Shown: positions 1 through 9,670, counted from the stretch's first letter. The stretch: DNA of 64,000 bases from Candidatus Enterousia sp. (GCA_045636045.1 JAZTWT010000004.1:52257-116256), one strand, 5' to 3'. The notes: generated from the letters alone by a model not told the origin. A program made the numbers and translations.

Positions 1-397
1 TTCACAAATAATGCCAATAAATAATAAATATAAATTAAGCGAAGTTTTGGATGCGGCATGGCGTTTTACAGACAATCATAATCGCCAGTTGATGATAGAA
101 TATATTTTATTGGGTCGTCGTGATGAAAATGGTGAAATGTTTTTATATAACGCGACCCCTGAATATGCTGAAAAATTGTCTGAACTATTACAAGGTAAAA
201 ATTGCATGGTGAATTTAATACCATGGAATGCGGTTGATGAACGTGATTTTGCATCCCCATCTGGTAATGCAGTTCACAGATTCCAAGATATATTAATTAA
301 GAATGGAGTTCACACACGTATTCGTCGTGAACGCGGTACTGATATTGGTTCTGCATGCGGTCAATTACGTTTAAATAACGCCAAGGATAAAAAATGA
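1..397 (+). CDS. rlmN: 23S rRNA m2A2503 methyltransferase RlmN, C-terminal part (5' end outside window)
   Basis: Translation ...NLIPWNAVDERDFASPSGNAVHRFQDILIKNGVHTRIRRERGTDIGSACGQLR matches the conserved RlmN/Cfr C-terminus (NLIPFNP...IRRxRGxDIxAACGQL). The frame is open back to base 2. Confidence 0.75.
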   Translation, partial: SQIMPINNKYKLSEVLDAAWRFTDNHNRQLMIEYILLGRRDENGEMFLYNATPEYAEKLSELLQGKNCMVNLIPWNAVDERDFASPSGNAVHRFQDILIKNGVHTRIRRERGTDIGSACGQLRLNNAKDKK

Positions 398-1146
398 ATT
401 TGCAATATATAACATGTTCTGATCCGCGCGAAGATTTACAAATTGCGGATGTAATAAGTTTTTTAAAAATATCACCAATGATTGAAATCGGGGTTCAGGC
501 TGCACCTGGTACAATGGGGTGGTTACGCCCAAGAAATGTTTGGTTTGATGTGTTAATGTATTATGTTAAAACCAATAAAAATCCATTGAATGTAGCCGTT
601 CATGTAAATTACCAGTGGTGTGACGATATGTGTTCTGGGAAAATACCTGGTGAAATCGCGCATTGGATGCGCTTGCGTAATAAATCAGACAACAAACCGT
701 CCATCCGTCGTTGGCAGTTAAATATTGGTGACAGTACAGAAAAATTTGATGCGAATGCTGTTGCAAAACTGATACGTGAACATCCAGAAAATGAATTTAT
801 TTTCCCGTATAATGAATGCGTCAAAAATAAAATTGATGCATTGCATAAAACAGGTGCAAAGTTCTTGTTATTATATGATTCTTCATATGGTTACGGAATT
901 TGTCCTGAAAAATGGAATGGACCTGTGTATGAAGATGTTCCAATGGGTTATGCTGGCGGACTGTCGCCAGAAAATGTTGTAGATAATCTGAATAAAATAA
1001 GCAAAGTGGTTCCAAAAAATTACACCACATGGATTGATGCCGAAGGGCGTCTAATGAAACCCGGAACCCGTGAATTTGATTTGGGGCGTGCGCGTGCGTA
1101 TGTTCAAAAAGCGCTTGCCTGGCAACATGAACAAAATAAACGATAA
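394..1146 (+). CDS. Hypothetical 250-aa protein, possibly a TIM barrel resembling phosphoribosylanthranilate isomerase (TrpF)
   Basis: Long ORF with its own terminator. The C-terminal GYAGGLSPENV...IDAEGRLMKPGTREFDLGRARAYV resembles the TrpF phosphate-binding motif (LAGGLxPxNV...SGVE). I cannot verify this without an HMM search. Confidence 0.45.
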   Translation: MNLQYITCSDPREDLQIADVISFLKISPMIEIGVQAAPGTMGWLRPRNVWFDVLMYYVKTNKNPLNVAVHVNYQWCDDMCSGKIPGEIAHWMRLRNKSDNKPSIRRWQLNIGDSTEKFDANAVAKLIREHPENEFIFPYNECVKNKIDALHKTGAKFLLLYDSSYGYGICPEKWNGPVYEDVPMGYAGGLSPENVVDNLNKISKVVPKNYTTWIDAEGRLMKPGTREFDLGRARAYVQKALAWQHEQNKR

Positions 1147-1172
1147 AAATTCCGGCAAATGCCGGATTTTTA
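1147..1172 (+). terminator. Intrinsic terminator (tccggcaaatgccgga + T-run)
   Basis: Perfect GC-containing hairpin followed by TTTTT directly after the stop codon of the 394..1146 ORF. Confidence 0.6.
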
Positions 1173-1230
1173 ATTTGAAAATATGTGTTTTATTTTGTAT
1201 CTTAAAATCGCAATAAATAATGGGGAAAAC

Positions 1231-1425
1231 ATGGACGAAAAAAAATTATCTTTCGAAGAAGCTTATAAACAATTAATGGAATTAGTAAAAAAAATGGAAT
1301 CAGGTGAATTGCCGTTGGCGGATTCTGTATCTGCATACGAACAGGGGATAAAGTTAAAGGCATACTGTGAACAGTTATTAAAAGAAGCTGAATTAAAAAT
1401 TGAAACCTTAAAAGTCAGTGCATAA
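1231..1425 (+). CDS. xseB: Exodeoxyribonuclease VII small subunit
   Basis: MDEKKLSFEEAYKQLMELVKKMESGELPLADSVSAYEQG is typical XseB. ATG at 1231 is preceded by the Shine-Dalgarno sequence ggggaaaac. The ORF-track start at 1183 is a 16-codon over-extension. Confidence 0.8.
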   Translation: MDEKKLSFEEAYKQLMELVKKMESGELPLADSVSAYEQGIKLKAYCEQLLKEAELKIETLKVSA

Positions 1426-1454
1426 TTTAAACCAACTAATAAAACGGACTTATT

Positions 1455-3986
1455 GTGGCGGAAAAAAGCAAACTAACCCCCGTTATGCAACAGTATGTTG
1501 ACATGAAGGCAGAAAATCCAGATGCCTTGCTGATGTTTCGTCTGGGGGATTTTTATGAATCGTTTTTCGAAGATGCCAAAACTATCAGTGCTACGCTGGG
1601 GTTGGTATTAACGGCACGCGGAACTGATGGTGACGGGGAATCAATTCCTATGTGCGGTATTCCTTGGCATGCGGCTGATAATTATTTTGGTCGTCTGGTG
1701 CGCAGTGGTTTCAAGGTTGCATTGGTCGAGCAAATGGAAACCCCAGCCCAGGCCAAAGAACGTGGACATAAATTTATTGAGCGTCGTGTTGTGCGTGTTT
1801 TAACACCTGGAACATTGACGGATGAAAATTTATTAACGCCAAAAAATTCAAATTTCTTGGTTGCGATTGCGCCGATTGGTGGTGGTGCGTATGATATTGC
1901 AGGCTGTGATATTTCAACGGGTGAATTTTTTGTTGGGCAAACATCTGATGCGCTGGATGACCTGGTGCGCATAAACCCGGCCGAGGTTATATTTCCCTTC
2001 TCGACCGCCGAAGAAAAGACGATAAAAAAACTGCGTGACACATTTAAATCTACACCCGTTTACGAAAAATTATATCACCGTGCAGACATTGATATGGTTG
2101 TATCGCGTATATTTGGTGGTGCGGTTGATTCTGGTGCGGTGGCAAAAAATAATGATGGTGCAATATGTTTGCTGGCCGGATATTTATTTAATACCCAGCG
2201 TGATGCAAAAATTACATTTCGTGCGCCATACACATTTAAATCTGGACGTCAATTACTGATTGATTCTGCCACTTGGCGCAGTCTGGAAATTGATGCGCCA
2301 ATAAATGATGGTGGCACATGTTTGATTGATGTGTTGGATGAAACAACCACATCTGCTGGTGCGCGTAAACTGCGTGCATATTTGCGTAATTTGTCATCTG
2401 ATATTGATGAAATAAAAATGCGTCAACTGCATGTTTCACACTTCTTGTTAAATCCTGATGTTATGGCAATGACCCAGAATGTATTGTCATCCGTTCCAGA
2501 TGTTGGTCGTGCATTATCGCGCCTGTTATCGGGGCGTGGTGGACCACGTGATTTGCGACATATATCAGAATTTTTGACTGTTCTGCCACGTGCGCAACTG
2601 TTGTCATTGCGCCTGGATATGGGGTTTGCATCGCGTTTTGAAAATATTAACACGCATGGTGAATTGGCAAACAGATTATCGCGCGCCCTGTCAGACGAAC
2701 TGCCAACATTTTTCCGTGATGGTGGTGTAATTCGTAATGGTTTTGATATTTCATTGGATAATATGCGTGAATTATCAAATGGTGCGCGTGAAACAATTGC
2801 GTCACTGCAATCTGAATATGTATCACAGACAGGCATAAGCACATTAAAGATAAAATATAATAATATCCTGGGATATTTTATCGAGGTTCCTTCATCCCGC
2901 TCAGATACAATGATGCAACCAGATTCTGGTTTTATCCATCGTCAGACAATGGCTGGTAATATGCGATTTACGACATCACGCCTGATTGATTTGGATAACA
3001 ATGTTCGCAGTGCGGCGGAAAAAGCATCTGCGATTGAGGCTGAAATAGTTAACGCATTCATTGAATCAATTCGTGAAATATCTGATGATTTGCTATCTAC
3101 GGCGGATTTGTTGGCGGACGCAGATGTGTGGGTGTCGCTTGCAACGGTATCAGACAAATATTCATGGACACGACCAGAAATCACAGATGATTGTGCATTT
3201 GATATTATTGGTGGTCGTCATCCTGTGATTGAATCAGTACTGCGTGCGCATGGTGATAATTTTGTAAAGAATGATTGTAATTTGAATGCGCATGCAATTG
3301 CATTACTAACAGGACCAAACATGGCAGGTAAATCAACATATCTGCGACAAAATGCACTGATTGTTGTATTGGCGCATTTGGGGTCTTTTGTACCTGCAAC
3401 CCGTGCGCGTATTGGTGTGTGTGACCAACTGTTCAGTCGTGTTGGTGCATCGGACAACCTGGCCGCAGGTCAATCAACATTTATGGTTGAAATGGCAGAA
3501 ACTGCAAATATATTAAATCGTGCAACCGAACATTCTTTTATCATATTTGATGAAATTGGTCGCGGTACCGCCACATATGACGGTATGGCGATTGCCCAGG
3601 CGGTACTGGAATACCTGGATGCGATGCAGCCACGAACATTATTCGCAACACATTATCATGAATTAACTGCCCTGACGGGGGAAAGCGGCCTGCATCATGT
3701 ATCATGTTTGACAATTGATGTACGTGAACACAATAATGAAATTGTCTTTATGCACAAGATTGTACCAGGTGTTGCAAATCGTTCTTATGGAATTCATGTT
3801 GCGAAAATGGCGGGTATGCCTGGGGCGGTTGTTGCGCGTGCAGAATGTGTACTGGCGGCATTAGAATCAAATGAACCTGTACGCCCTGCGCCAGACTGTG
3901 CGCCAATTTCAACACCGCGCACCCCACGTAAAAAGCCATGTGTATCTGATAATTTGTCCCACCCACAATTAAATTTATTTGGATAG
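1455..3986 (+). CDS. mutS: DNA mismatch repair protein MutS (GTG start)
   Basis: 843 aa. N-terminal TPVMQQY...LLMFRLGDFYE is the mismatch-binding domain. Walker A GPNMAGKST, DEIGRGT and the C-terminal region are all present. Confidence 0.92.
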   Translation: MAEKSKLTPVMQQYVDMKAENPDALLMFRLGDFYESFFEDAKTISATLGLVLTARGTDGDGESIPMCGIPWHAADNYFGRLVRSGFKVALVEQMETPAQAKERGHKFIERRVVRVLTPGTLTDENLLTPKNSNFLVAIAPIGGGAYDIAGCDISTGEFFVGQTSDALDDLVRINPAEVIFPFSTAEEKTIKKLRDTFKSTPVYEKLYHRADIDMVVSRIFGGAVDSGAVAKNNDGAICLLAGYLFNTQRDAKITFRAPYTFKSGRQLLIDSATWRSLEIDAPINDGGTCLIDVLDETTTSAGARKLRAYLRNLSSDIDEIKMRQLHVSHFLLNPDVMAMTQNVLSSVPDVGRALSRLLSGRGGPRDLRHISEFLTVLPRAQLLSLRLDMGFASRFENINTHGELANRLSRALSDELPTFFRDGGVIRNGFDISLDNMRELSNGARETIASLQSEYVSQTGISTLKIKYNNILGYFIEVPSSRSDTMMQPDSGFIHRQTMAGNMRFTTSRLIDLDNNVRSAAEKASAIEAEIVNAFIESIREISDDLLSTADLLADADVWVSLATVSDKYSWTRPEITDDCAFDIIGGRHPVIESVLRAHGDNFVKNDCNLNAHAIALLTGPNMAGKSTYLRQNALIVVLAHLGSFVPATRARIGVCDQLFSRVGASDNLAAGQSTFMVEMAETANILNRATEHSFIIFDEIGRGTATYDGMAIAQAVLEYLDAMQPRTLFATHYHELTALTGESGLHHVSCLTIDVREHNNEIVFMHKIVPGVANRSYGIHVAKMAGMPGAVVARAECVLAALESNEPVRPAPDCAPISTPRTPRKKPCVSDNLSHPQLNLFG

Positions 3987-3989
3987 CAT

Positions 3990-4865
3990 ATGACACAATC
4001 TGGTTGGATTATTTTGGACAAAGATTCTGGGCTGTTTTCAAGAACGGCTGGTGGTCGTATTGCACGAATGTTGGGGACGAAAAAGTACGGACATATCGGT
4101 ACACTGGATCCGATGGCAACGGGTGTTCTGCCAATTGCCATTGGTGATGCAACAAAAATGATTCCGTTTATAGAAGATGCAAATCCACATATCAAAGAAT
4201 ATCTGTTTTCATGTAAATTTGGTTTTGAAACAGATACATTGGATATAACCGGGCGTGAAATAAATCGTAATGATATTATTTTAACAGATAAACAAATTAT
4301 AACCGCCCTGCCCGATTTTATTGGAAAGATATCCCAAACGCCACCGATGTATTCTGCGGTTCATGTGAATGGTGCGCGTGCCCATGAATTGGCGCGACAT
4401 AATAAAATTGTTGAAATTCCGCCACGTAATGTTGAAATTTTTGAATTAGAATATCTGGGGGTGCAGGACGGTTCATGGAATTTTCGTATGCGTTGTTCCA
4501 CCGGCACCTATGTACGTTCTGTCGCGCGCGACATTGCCAAGAAATATGGTGCGTATGCCACAGTTGACATGATACGGCGCACATCTGCAAACGGTTTTGA
4601 TATAAAAAGTGCCGTAAAACTTGATTTTTTGGAAAATCTGTTTAATAATAGTGGCAGTTTTGGTGAAAAACTAAAACCGGTGGATTTTGGACTGGGGGAC
4701 ATTCCGGTTCTGAATCTCATCTGCAAAGACGCCGAATTTTATAAAAACGGTGGCTTTGTAAAAACGGATGCAATGAATAGTTTGTATCGTGTATACAGTG
4801 AAAATAACTTCATTGGCATTGGCGCGGTGACAGATGGTGTTCTGCATCCAAAACGAACAATTTAA
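3990..4865 (+). CDS. truB: tRNA pseudouridine-55 synthase TruB
   Basis: HIGTLDPMATGVLPIAIGDATK matches the catalytic Asp motif of the TruB family (HxGTLDPxAxGvL). Confidence 0.88.
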   Translation: MTQSGWIILDKDSGLFSRTAGGRIARMLGTKKYGHIGTLDPMATGVLPIAIGDATKMIPFIEDANPHIKEYLFSCKFGFETDTLDITGREINRNDIILTDKQIITALPDFIGKISQTPPMYSAVHVNGARAHELARHNKIVEIPPRNVEIFELEYLGVQDGSWNFRMRCSTGTYVRSVARDIAKKYGAYATVDMIRRTSANGFDIKSAVKLDFLENLFNNSGSFGEKLKPVDFGLGDIPVLNLICKDAEFYKNGGFVKTDAMNSLYRVYSENNFIGIGAVTDGVLHPKRTI

Positions 4866-4883
4866 AATAAAAAGGAAAATATA

Positions 4884-5156
4884 ATGTCCGTAACAAAAGC
4901 AAAAAAGTCTGAATTGATTCAGGCGTATAAAGTATCTGAAAAAGATAACGGCGGTTCTGTTGAATCCCAGGTTGCAGTTTTAACTGAACGTATTCGCAAC
5001 TTAACAGAACATATGAAGGCAAACCACAAAGACAACCATTCAAAACGTGGTCTGTTAATGATGGTTAATCGTCGTAAAAAATTGTTGGCCTATATCAAGA
5101 AACGTAATCCTTCTGATTATGAAGCCTTGATTAAAAAATTAGGTCTGCGTAAATAA
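4884..5156 (+). CDS. rpsO: 30S ribosomal protein S15
   Basis: 90 aa. ...LTERIRNLTEHMKANHKDNHSKRGLLMMVNRRKKLLAYIKK is canonical S15. Confidence 0.9.
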   Translation: MSVTKAKKSELIQAYKVSEKDNGGSVESQVAVLTERIRNLTEHMKANHKDNHSKRGLLMMVNRRKKLLAYIKKRNPSDYEALIKKLGLRK

Positions 5157-5192
5157 TATAAAAACACCGGCGATTGCCGGTGTTTTTATTTC
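5157..5192. terminator. Bidirectional intrinsic terminator (acaccggcgattgccggtgt flanked by A/T runs)
   Basis: Perfect palindrome between convergent rpsO (+) and nth (-). Confidence 0.7.
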
Positions 5193-5833
5193 TGAATTTT
5201 TTTTCTGAACGGGCAAAATTCTGCGGCGGCACAAATTTCACAATTTGGTTTTACCGCCTTGCAAACATAGCGTCCGTGCAGAACCATAACATGATTAACA
5301 ACCGAATGATATTCGCGCGGAATTTTTTTTAATAATTTTGCCTCGACCTTTTCTGGTGTGTTGTCGGAATCACTGACCCACCCATATCGATGTGCATTGC
5401 GAAAAACATGAGTGTCCACACCAATATTTGGCGCGCCCCACAAAACATTGCAAACAACATTTGCGGTCTTTTGTCCGATGCCTGGCAATTTCATCAATTC
5501 ATCACGATTATGATATTTGTCTGGAAATGTATCGGTCATATTTTCTGCAACCAATCGTTCGGCCAACGCAATAATATTTTTTGCCTTGTTATTAAAGAAA
5601 GAAATAACGCGTATATGGTCTTTCAGTCCATCAATCCCCAGGTTTAACATTTTTTGTGGAGTTGGCGCCACACGAAATAGTTCTGGTGTCACCTCGTTCA
5701 CTTTTTTATCAGTTGCCTGGGCAGATAAAATCACCGCCACTGCAAAATTAAATTCGTTTGTATGATACAGTTCCGACCGGATTGTCATATCAACGGTCGG
5801 AATAACTGCATCAAAATATTGCGCCGGTTTCAT
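5186..5833 (-). CDS. nth: Endonuclease III (DNA glycosylase/AP lyase)
   Basis: HhH-GPD fold with LPGIGQKTANVV and a C-terminal 4Fe-4S cluster CxxxxxxCxxC..C (CKAVKPNCEICAAAEFC). Confidence 0.88.
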   Translation of the reverse strand: MKPAQYFDAVIPTVDMTIRSELYHTNEFNFAVAVILSAQATDKKVNEVTPELFRVAPTPQKMLNLGIDGLKDHIRVISFFNNKAKNIIALAERLVAENMTDTFPDKYHNRDELMKLPGIGQKTANVVCNVLWGAPNIGVDTHVFRNAHRYGWVSDSDNTPEKVEAKLLKKIPREYHSVVNHVMVLHGRYVCKAVKPNCEICAAAEFCPFRKKIQK

Positions 5834-6090
5834 TATTTATATTTCTGTAATTGTTGCAACGCCAATTCTTCTATAATCTGTTTATTTTGTTTCAAGATTT
5901 CTAAATTTTGCGCCTTCACAACACGCAAACTGTCCAGTATTGCAAACTGTTCGTTATCTAAATGCAATTTGCGTACACACCAATTAGATGCATAGCATTC
6001 ACGCGGACATACCCGTTGTCCATTTTGCTCGCATTTATAAGTGTTATATTTTTCTGGGTAAAAGTATTTTTCGCAATAATATTTTGCCAT
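5833..6090 (-). CDS. Hypothetical Cys-rich small protein (zinc-ribbon-like N-terminus, coiled-coil C-terminus)
   Basis: 85 aa with Cys at positions 6, 20, 28, 32 and 38 (CEKYFYPEKYNTYKCEQNGQRVCPRECYASNWC). A strong Shine-Dalgarno sequence (aaaaaGGAtaaatt) precedes the ATG and overlaps the ileS stop. The stop overlaps the nth start by 1 nt. Confidence 0.5.
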   Translation of the reverse strand: MAKYYCEKYFYPEKYNTYKCEQNGQRVCPRECYASNWCVRKLHLDNEQFAILDSLRVVKAQNLEILKQNKQIIEELALQQLQKYK

Positions 6091-6103
6091 AATTTATCCT
6101 TTT

Positions 6104-9100
6104 TTATGCTTTTTTTACAGAAATGCTGAATGAATACCCTTCGATATCGGTTGTGTATTCGCCGTCGCCGACAACCATTTCAACAATCAGTGCATCACGC
6201 ATAATGCGTTTTTTGTGCTGTTCAATTGCAATGCTTAACGCTGGGTCAGCTGAATATGTCAAAACGATTCTGTCAGACACATCCAGTCCTGCTGCCTTGC
6301 GCATGTCTTGGATAAAGCGCAATGCATCATTTGCCAAACCTTCGGCAATCAAGTCAGAATTTACTTCTGTATCCAGAACGACCACAGCGGTGTTATCTGG
6401 CAATGCTGCACCTGTTATGCCATCACGCACGGTCAGACGCATTTCAAATTCATCTGAATTTAATTCATGTGAACCAGCAATCAGTTTATCGCCCGTAATT
6501 TCATATTCGCCGCGTTTAACAGACGGAATAATATCTTTTAATGCGCCACCCAGGCGTGCGCCAATCCTTGGTGTAATCAGATAAACAAAACTATCTGCCA
6601 TATCATCAAATGTTTCATTGAATACAACGGATTTTACGTTTAATTCGTCTTTGATAATATCGGCGTATTCTGGCATATTTGCGCCCGCCACCGTCAATGA
6701 ATTCAATGGCAAACGATTGCGCAGTTTATATTGTTCACGTAACTGTTTTCCAACAGATACAATGGATTGTACGCGACGCATATCATCTACGATTTTTATA
6801 TCCACTGCGCCCGATGTTGGAAATGATGTTAAATGAACTGACTCCCCACCTGTAAGATTTCTGAAAATATATTCTGCAACAAATGGTGCAAATGGCGCAA
6901 TTACGCGACAGAATTTTACCAATACGGTATACAGTGTATCAAACGCCGCCTGTTCTTCATCCCAGAAACGTGCGCGACCACGTCTGATATACCAGTTGTT
7001 CAGAATGTCTAAGAATCGTACAAATTCTTTAATTGCAGCATCTGGTTTGTAATCGTTTAATGAATCTGTCACTGCTGCAATCAATACATTTAATTCTGCC
7101 AAGATATATTTATCCAATGGGGTTGCACCTTCTGTGATTTCGTGTGCAGTGATATTACCTGCATTCGCATACAGGCTAAAGAAGTGATATGCATTCCACA
7201 GTGGTGTTTGAATTGTTTTTGTTGAATCAACAAAGACTTTTCCTTCTTTATCAACCGGCACTGGTTCTGCCTTCATGAAATTAGACCCCAAGATATACAA
7301 ACGCACTGCATCTGCGCCATACTGTTCAATCTGTTCACTTGGGTCAACAAAGTTGCGCAAAGATTTCGAGAATTTTTTCTTATTTTCATCCACAACCATA
7401 CCATTTGCAGAAACGCATTTAAACGCAGGTTTATCAAACAATGCTGTTGCCAACACCATTAATGCATAGAACCAACCGCGCGTTTGGTCTTGTCCTTCAA
7501 TAATATAATCTGCTGGGAAAGTTGCCGCAAAACGTTCTGTGTTTTCAAATGGATAGTGCAATGATGCCCATGGCATAGAGCCACTTTCTACCCAGCAATC
7601 CAATACATCTGGAATGCGCGTCCATCCATCTTTTTCCAGTTTATCTAATGTCGGACGATGCAAATCTTCAATTTTTGTTTCAAAGAATTCTTCTAATTCT
7701 GCGATTGAACCGAATACTTTGAATTCGCCATCTTTTTCCCAGATTGGCAATGGCATCCCCCAGAAACGATTTCGCGAAATCGACCACGGACGTGCATTTT
7801 CAATCCATGAACGGAAACGTTCGCCTGCACTGGTCCAATTAACCAATGCGTTATTCGCAATCAATTTATCTTTAATCTTTGGCACATCGATATACCAAGA
7901 ATCGGGCGCGCGCTGAATTAACTTTTCTTTGCTGCGGTCACCGAATGGATAACTGTGCTTGTACTGTTCTTTTTTGACCAGTTTACCATTTGTTTTCAGC
8001 CAATCTAAAATCGCAGGTGTTGCCGCAAAGATATTTTGACCTGCAAAATCCACAACTGTTTCATCAAAGTTACCGTACGTATCAACATTTAATAAAACTG
8101 GGAATTTTGGATCAATTGCCTTGGCGGCCCAAAAGTCTTCGGCTCCGTACGCAGGTGCAATATGAACGATACCTGTACCATCGCCATCAGAAACATAGTC
8201 CGCCGGTATCACCTGGAATAATAATTCAGACTGCCCTGCATAATACGGGAACAGTGGTATATAGTGCATTCCGGCCAAATCTGCACCCTTAACGCGCCCA
8301 ATCTCGGTTGCGTCTGCGAATTGTTTTTCATACGCTTTCAGACGTGATGCTGCAATAACATAAATTGCACCGTCGTTATCTTGCATACGCACATATTCCA
8401 TATTTGGATTCACTGCCAACGCAGAATTCGCTGGCAATGTCCACGGTGTTGTTGTCCATGCGATTGCACGATCACCGTTTTCTAATTCAAACCAAACGGT
8501 CACTGCATCATCAACAATTTCGCGATAATCACTGGATGCTTCGGAATTTGACACAACCGTACCATTTACCCAGTCATATGGATTAACACTGTAATCTTTA
8601 TACAACAGCCCCTTTTCATACAGCGACTTTAATGTCCACAGCATAGATTCCATATAGTTTTTGTTCATGGTCTTATAACCATATTCATCACCAATATCAA
8701 CCCAGCGACCCATGCGTGTAATGAAATGATTCCATTCATTTGTGTATGTCATAACATCTGTTCTGCACATATCACAGAATGCGTTGATGCCGTCTGTTGC
8801 GACAATGTCTTTGGCGGCGCGCCCCTGTTTTTTTTCAACAGAATTTTCCGCCGGCAACCCATGACAATCCCAGCCTAATTCACGGCGAACAAATCGTCCA
8901 TTCATTGTCTGGAAACGTGAAATCATATCCTTTACAACAGATACCCCCAAATGTCCCCAGTGTGGCTTACCATTGGCAAAGGGTGGTCCGTCAAAGAAGC
9001 TGAACGGATGCCCCTGCTTGGTTTGTTCCAATGACTTATGAAACGTATTATTTTCACGCCAGTATTCTAATACCTGATTCTCCAATGCGGGAAAGTCTGC

Positions 9101-9127
9101 ACGTGGGTCTGTTTTTGGGTATGCCAT
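6104..9127 (-). CDS. ileS: Isoleucyl-tRNA synthetase, type 2 (eukaryote-like)
   Basis: 1007 aa. HIGH-region variant PPFANGKPHWGH, KMSKS-like KFSKS, and editing-domain motifs (WTTTPWTLP) are present. Confidence 0.85.
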   Translation of the reverse strand: MAYPKTDPRADFPALENQVLEYWRENNTFHKSLEQTKQGHPFSFFDGPPFANGKPHWGHLGVSVVKDMISRFQTMNGRFVRRELGWDCHGLPAENSVEKKQGRAAKDIVATDGINAFCDMCRTDVMTYTNEWNHFITRMGRWVDIGDEYGYKTMNKNYMESMLWTLKSLYEKGLLYKDYSVNPYDWVNGTVVSNSEASSDYREIVDDAVTVWFELENGDRAIAWTTTPWTLPANSALAVNPNMEYVRMQDNDGAIYVIAASRLKAYEKQFADATEIGRVKGADLAGMHYIPLFPYYAGQSELLFQVIPADYVSDGDGTGIVHIAPAYGAEDFWAAKAIDPKFPVLLNVDTYGNFDETVVDFAGQNIFAATPAILDWLKTNGKLVKKEQYKHSYPFGDRSKEKLIQRAPDSWYIDVPKIKDKLIANNALVNWTSAGERFRSWIENARPWSISRNRFWGMPLPIWEKDGEFKVFGSIAELEEFFETKIEDLHRPTLDKLEKDGWTRIPDVLDCWVESGSMPWASLHYPFENTERFAATFPADYIIEGQDQTRGWFYALMVLATALFDKPAFKCVSANGMVVDENKKKFSKSLRNFVDPSEQIEQYGADAVRLYILGSNFMKAEPVPVDKEGKVFVDSTKTIQTPLWNAYHFFSLYANAGNITAHEITEGATPLDKYILAELNVLIAAVTDSLNDYKPDAAIKEFVRFLDILNNWYIRRGRARFWDEEQAAFDTLYTVLVKFCRVIAPFAPFVAEYIFRNLTGGESVHLTSFPTSGAVDIKIVDDMRRVQSIVSVGKQLREQYKLRNRLPLNSLTVAGANMPEYADIIKDELNVKSVVFNETFDDMADSFVYLITPRIGARLGGALKDIIPSVKRGEYEITGDKLIAGSHELNSDEFEMRLTVRDGITGAALPDNTAVVVLDTEVNSDLIAEGLANDALRFIQDMRKAAGLDVSDRIVLTYSADPALSIAIEQHKKRIMRDALIVEMVVGDGEYTTDIEGYSFSISVKKA

Positions 9128-9293
9128 GTTTTTACTCCGTCTTTATATTAAAAAAGGGCGCCCATGCGCCCCAGCCACCGCCAAAGCGCAGTGTCCATTA
9201 TTTAATAATAATTATTGTTGTTAATTTCATCACGACCACAGAATACACCGTATAAAACAAAAATGCAAGTATTGAATACAGTGTAAAAATTAC

Positions 9294-9322
9294 TTGACGA
9301 AGTGGCATAAGTGTCCTATAAA
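9294..9322 (+). promoter_or_regulatory. Near-consensus sigma70 promoter (TTGACG - 17 nt - TATAAA)
   Basis: -35 at 9294-9299 and -10 at 9317-9322 with exact 17-nt spacing. The ORF track misreads the -35 TTG as a start codon. Confidence 0.6.
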
Positions 9323-9356
9323 TTTCCCCGGAAATAAAAACAGCAGGAGATGCTAT

Positions 9357-9632
9357 ATGTCAATGACAGTAAAAGATGTGTTCACAACAATTAACAGCGC
9401 ACATCAGATAAAGAAATGGCCGGGTGAATATCGTGTATATTCTAAAGAGAATACAGTTTTCATCTATTGTAATGAATCTGGATTGCCAAAGTGTTTCGTT
9501 TACGAAATAAATGGTTTTCAACATCCATTAACAGATGCAGAATCTAAGATTGTAAATCTGTTGGTAAATGGTCGCTATACATTATTATGCCAAGAAGCGC
9601 AACGTGCCATGGCAACCGTCAGAACAAAATAA
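9357..9632 (+). CDS. Hypothetical small protein (91 aa)
   Basis: ATG at 9357 lies 6 nt after the Shine-Dalgarno sequence aggaga (9345-9350), downstream of a consensus promoter. A terminator hairpin tcccatttttatggga follows immediately. I recognise no domain. Confidence 0.55.
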   Translation: MSMTVKDVFTTINSAHQIKKWPGEYRVYSKENTVFIYCNESGLPKCFVYEINGFQHPLTDAESKIVNLLVNGRYTLLCQEAQRAMATVRTK

Positions 9633-9639
9633 AAATAAG

Positions 9640-9662
9640 TCCCATTTTTATGGGATTTTTTA
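9640..9662 (+). terminator. Intrinsic terminator (tcccatttttatggga + T-run)
   Basis: Hairpin with a T-run directly after the stop of the 9357..9632 ORF. Confidence 0.6.
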
Positions 9663-9670
9663 TTAATAAT

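Noticed and set aside
1682-2041. Numerous antisense or shadow ORFs of 60-170 aa inside large genes (for example 1682..2041 in mutS, 6123..6584 in ileS, 10370..10980 in mnmG, 12293..12802 in fabG, 43562..44212 in pnp, 56889..57434 in tolC).
   Set aside because: They lie fully within well-supported conserved genes on the opposite strand or in another frame. None has an RBS or terminator. They are typical ORF-finder shadows.
9294-9356. ORF-track start of the small gene at TTG 9294 (MTKWHKCPINFPGNK...).
   Set aside because: That TTG is the -35 hexamer TTGACG of a consensus promoter. The Shine-Dalgarno sequence AGGAGA precedes the ATG at 9357.
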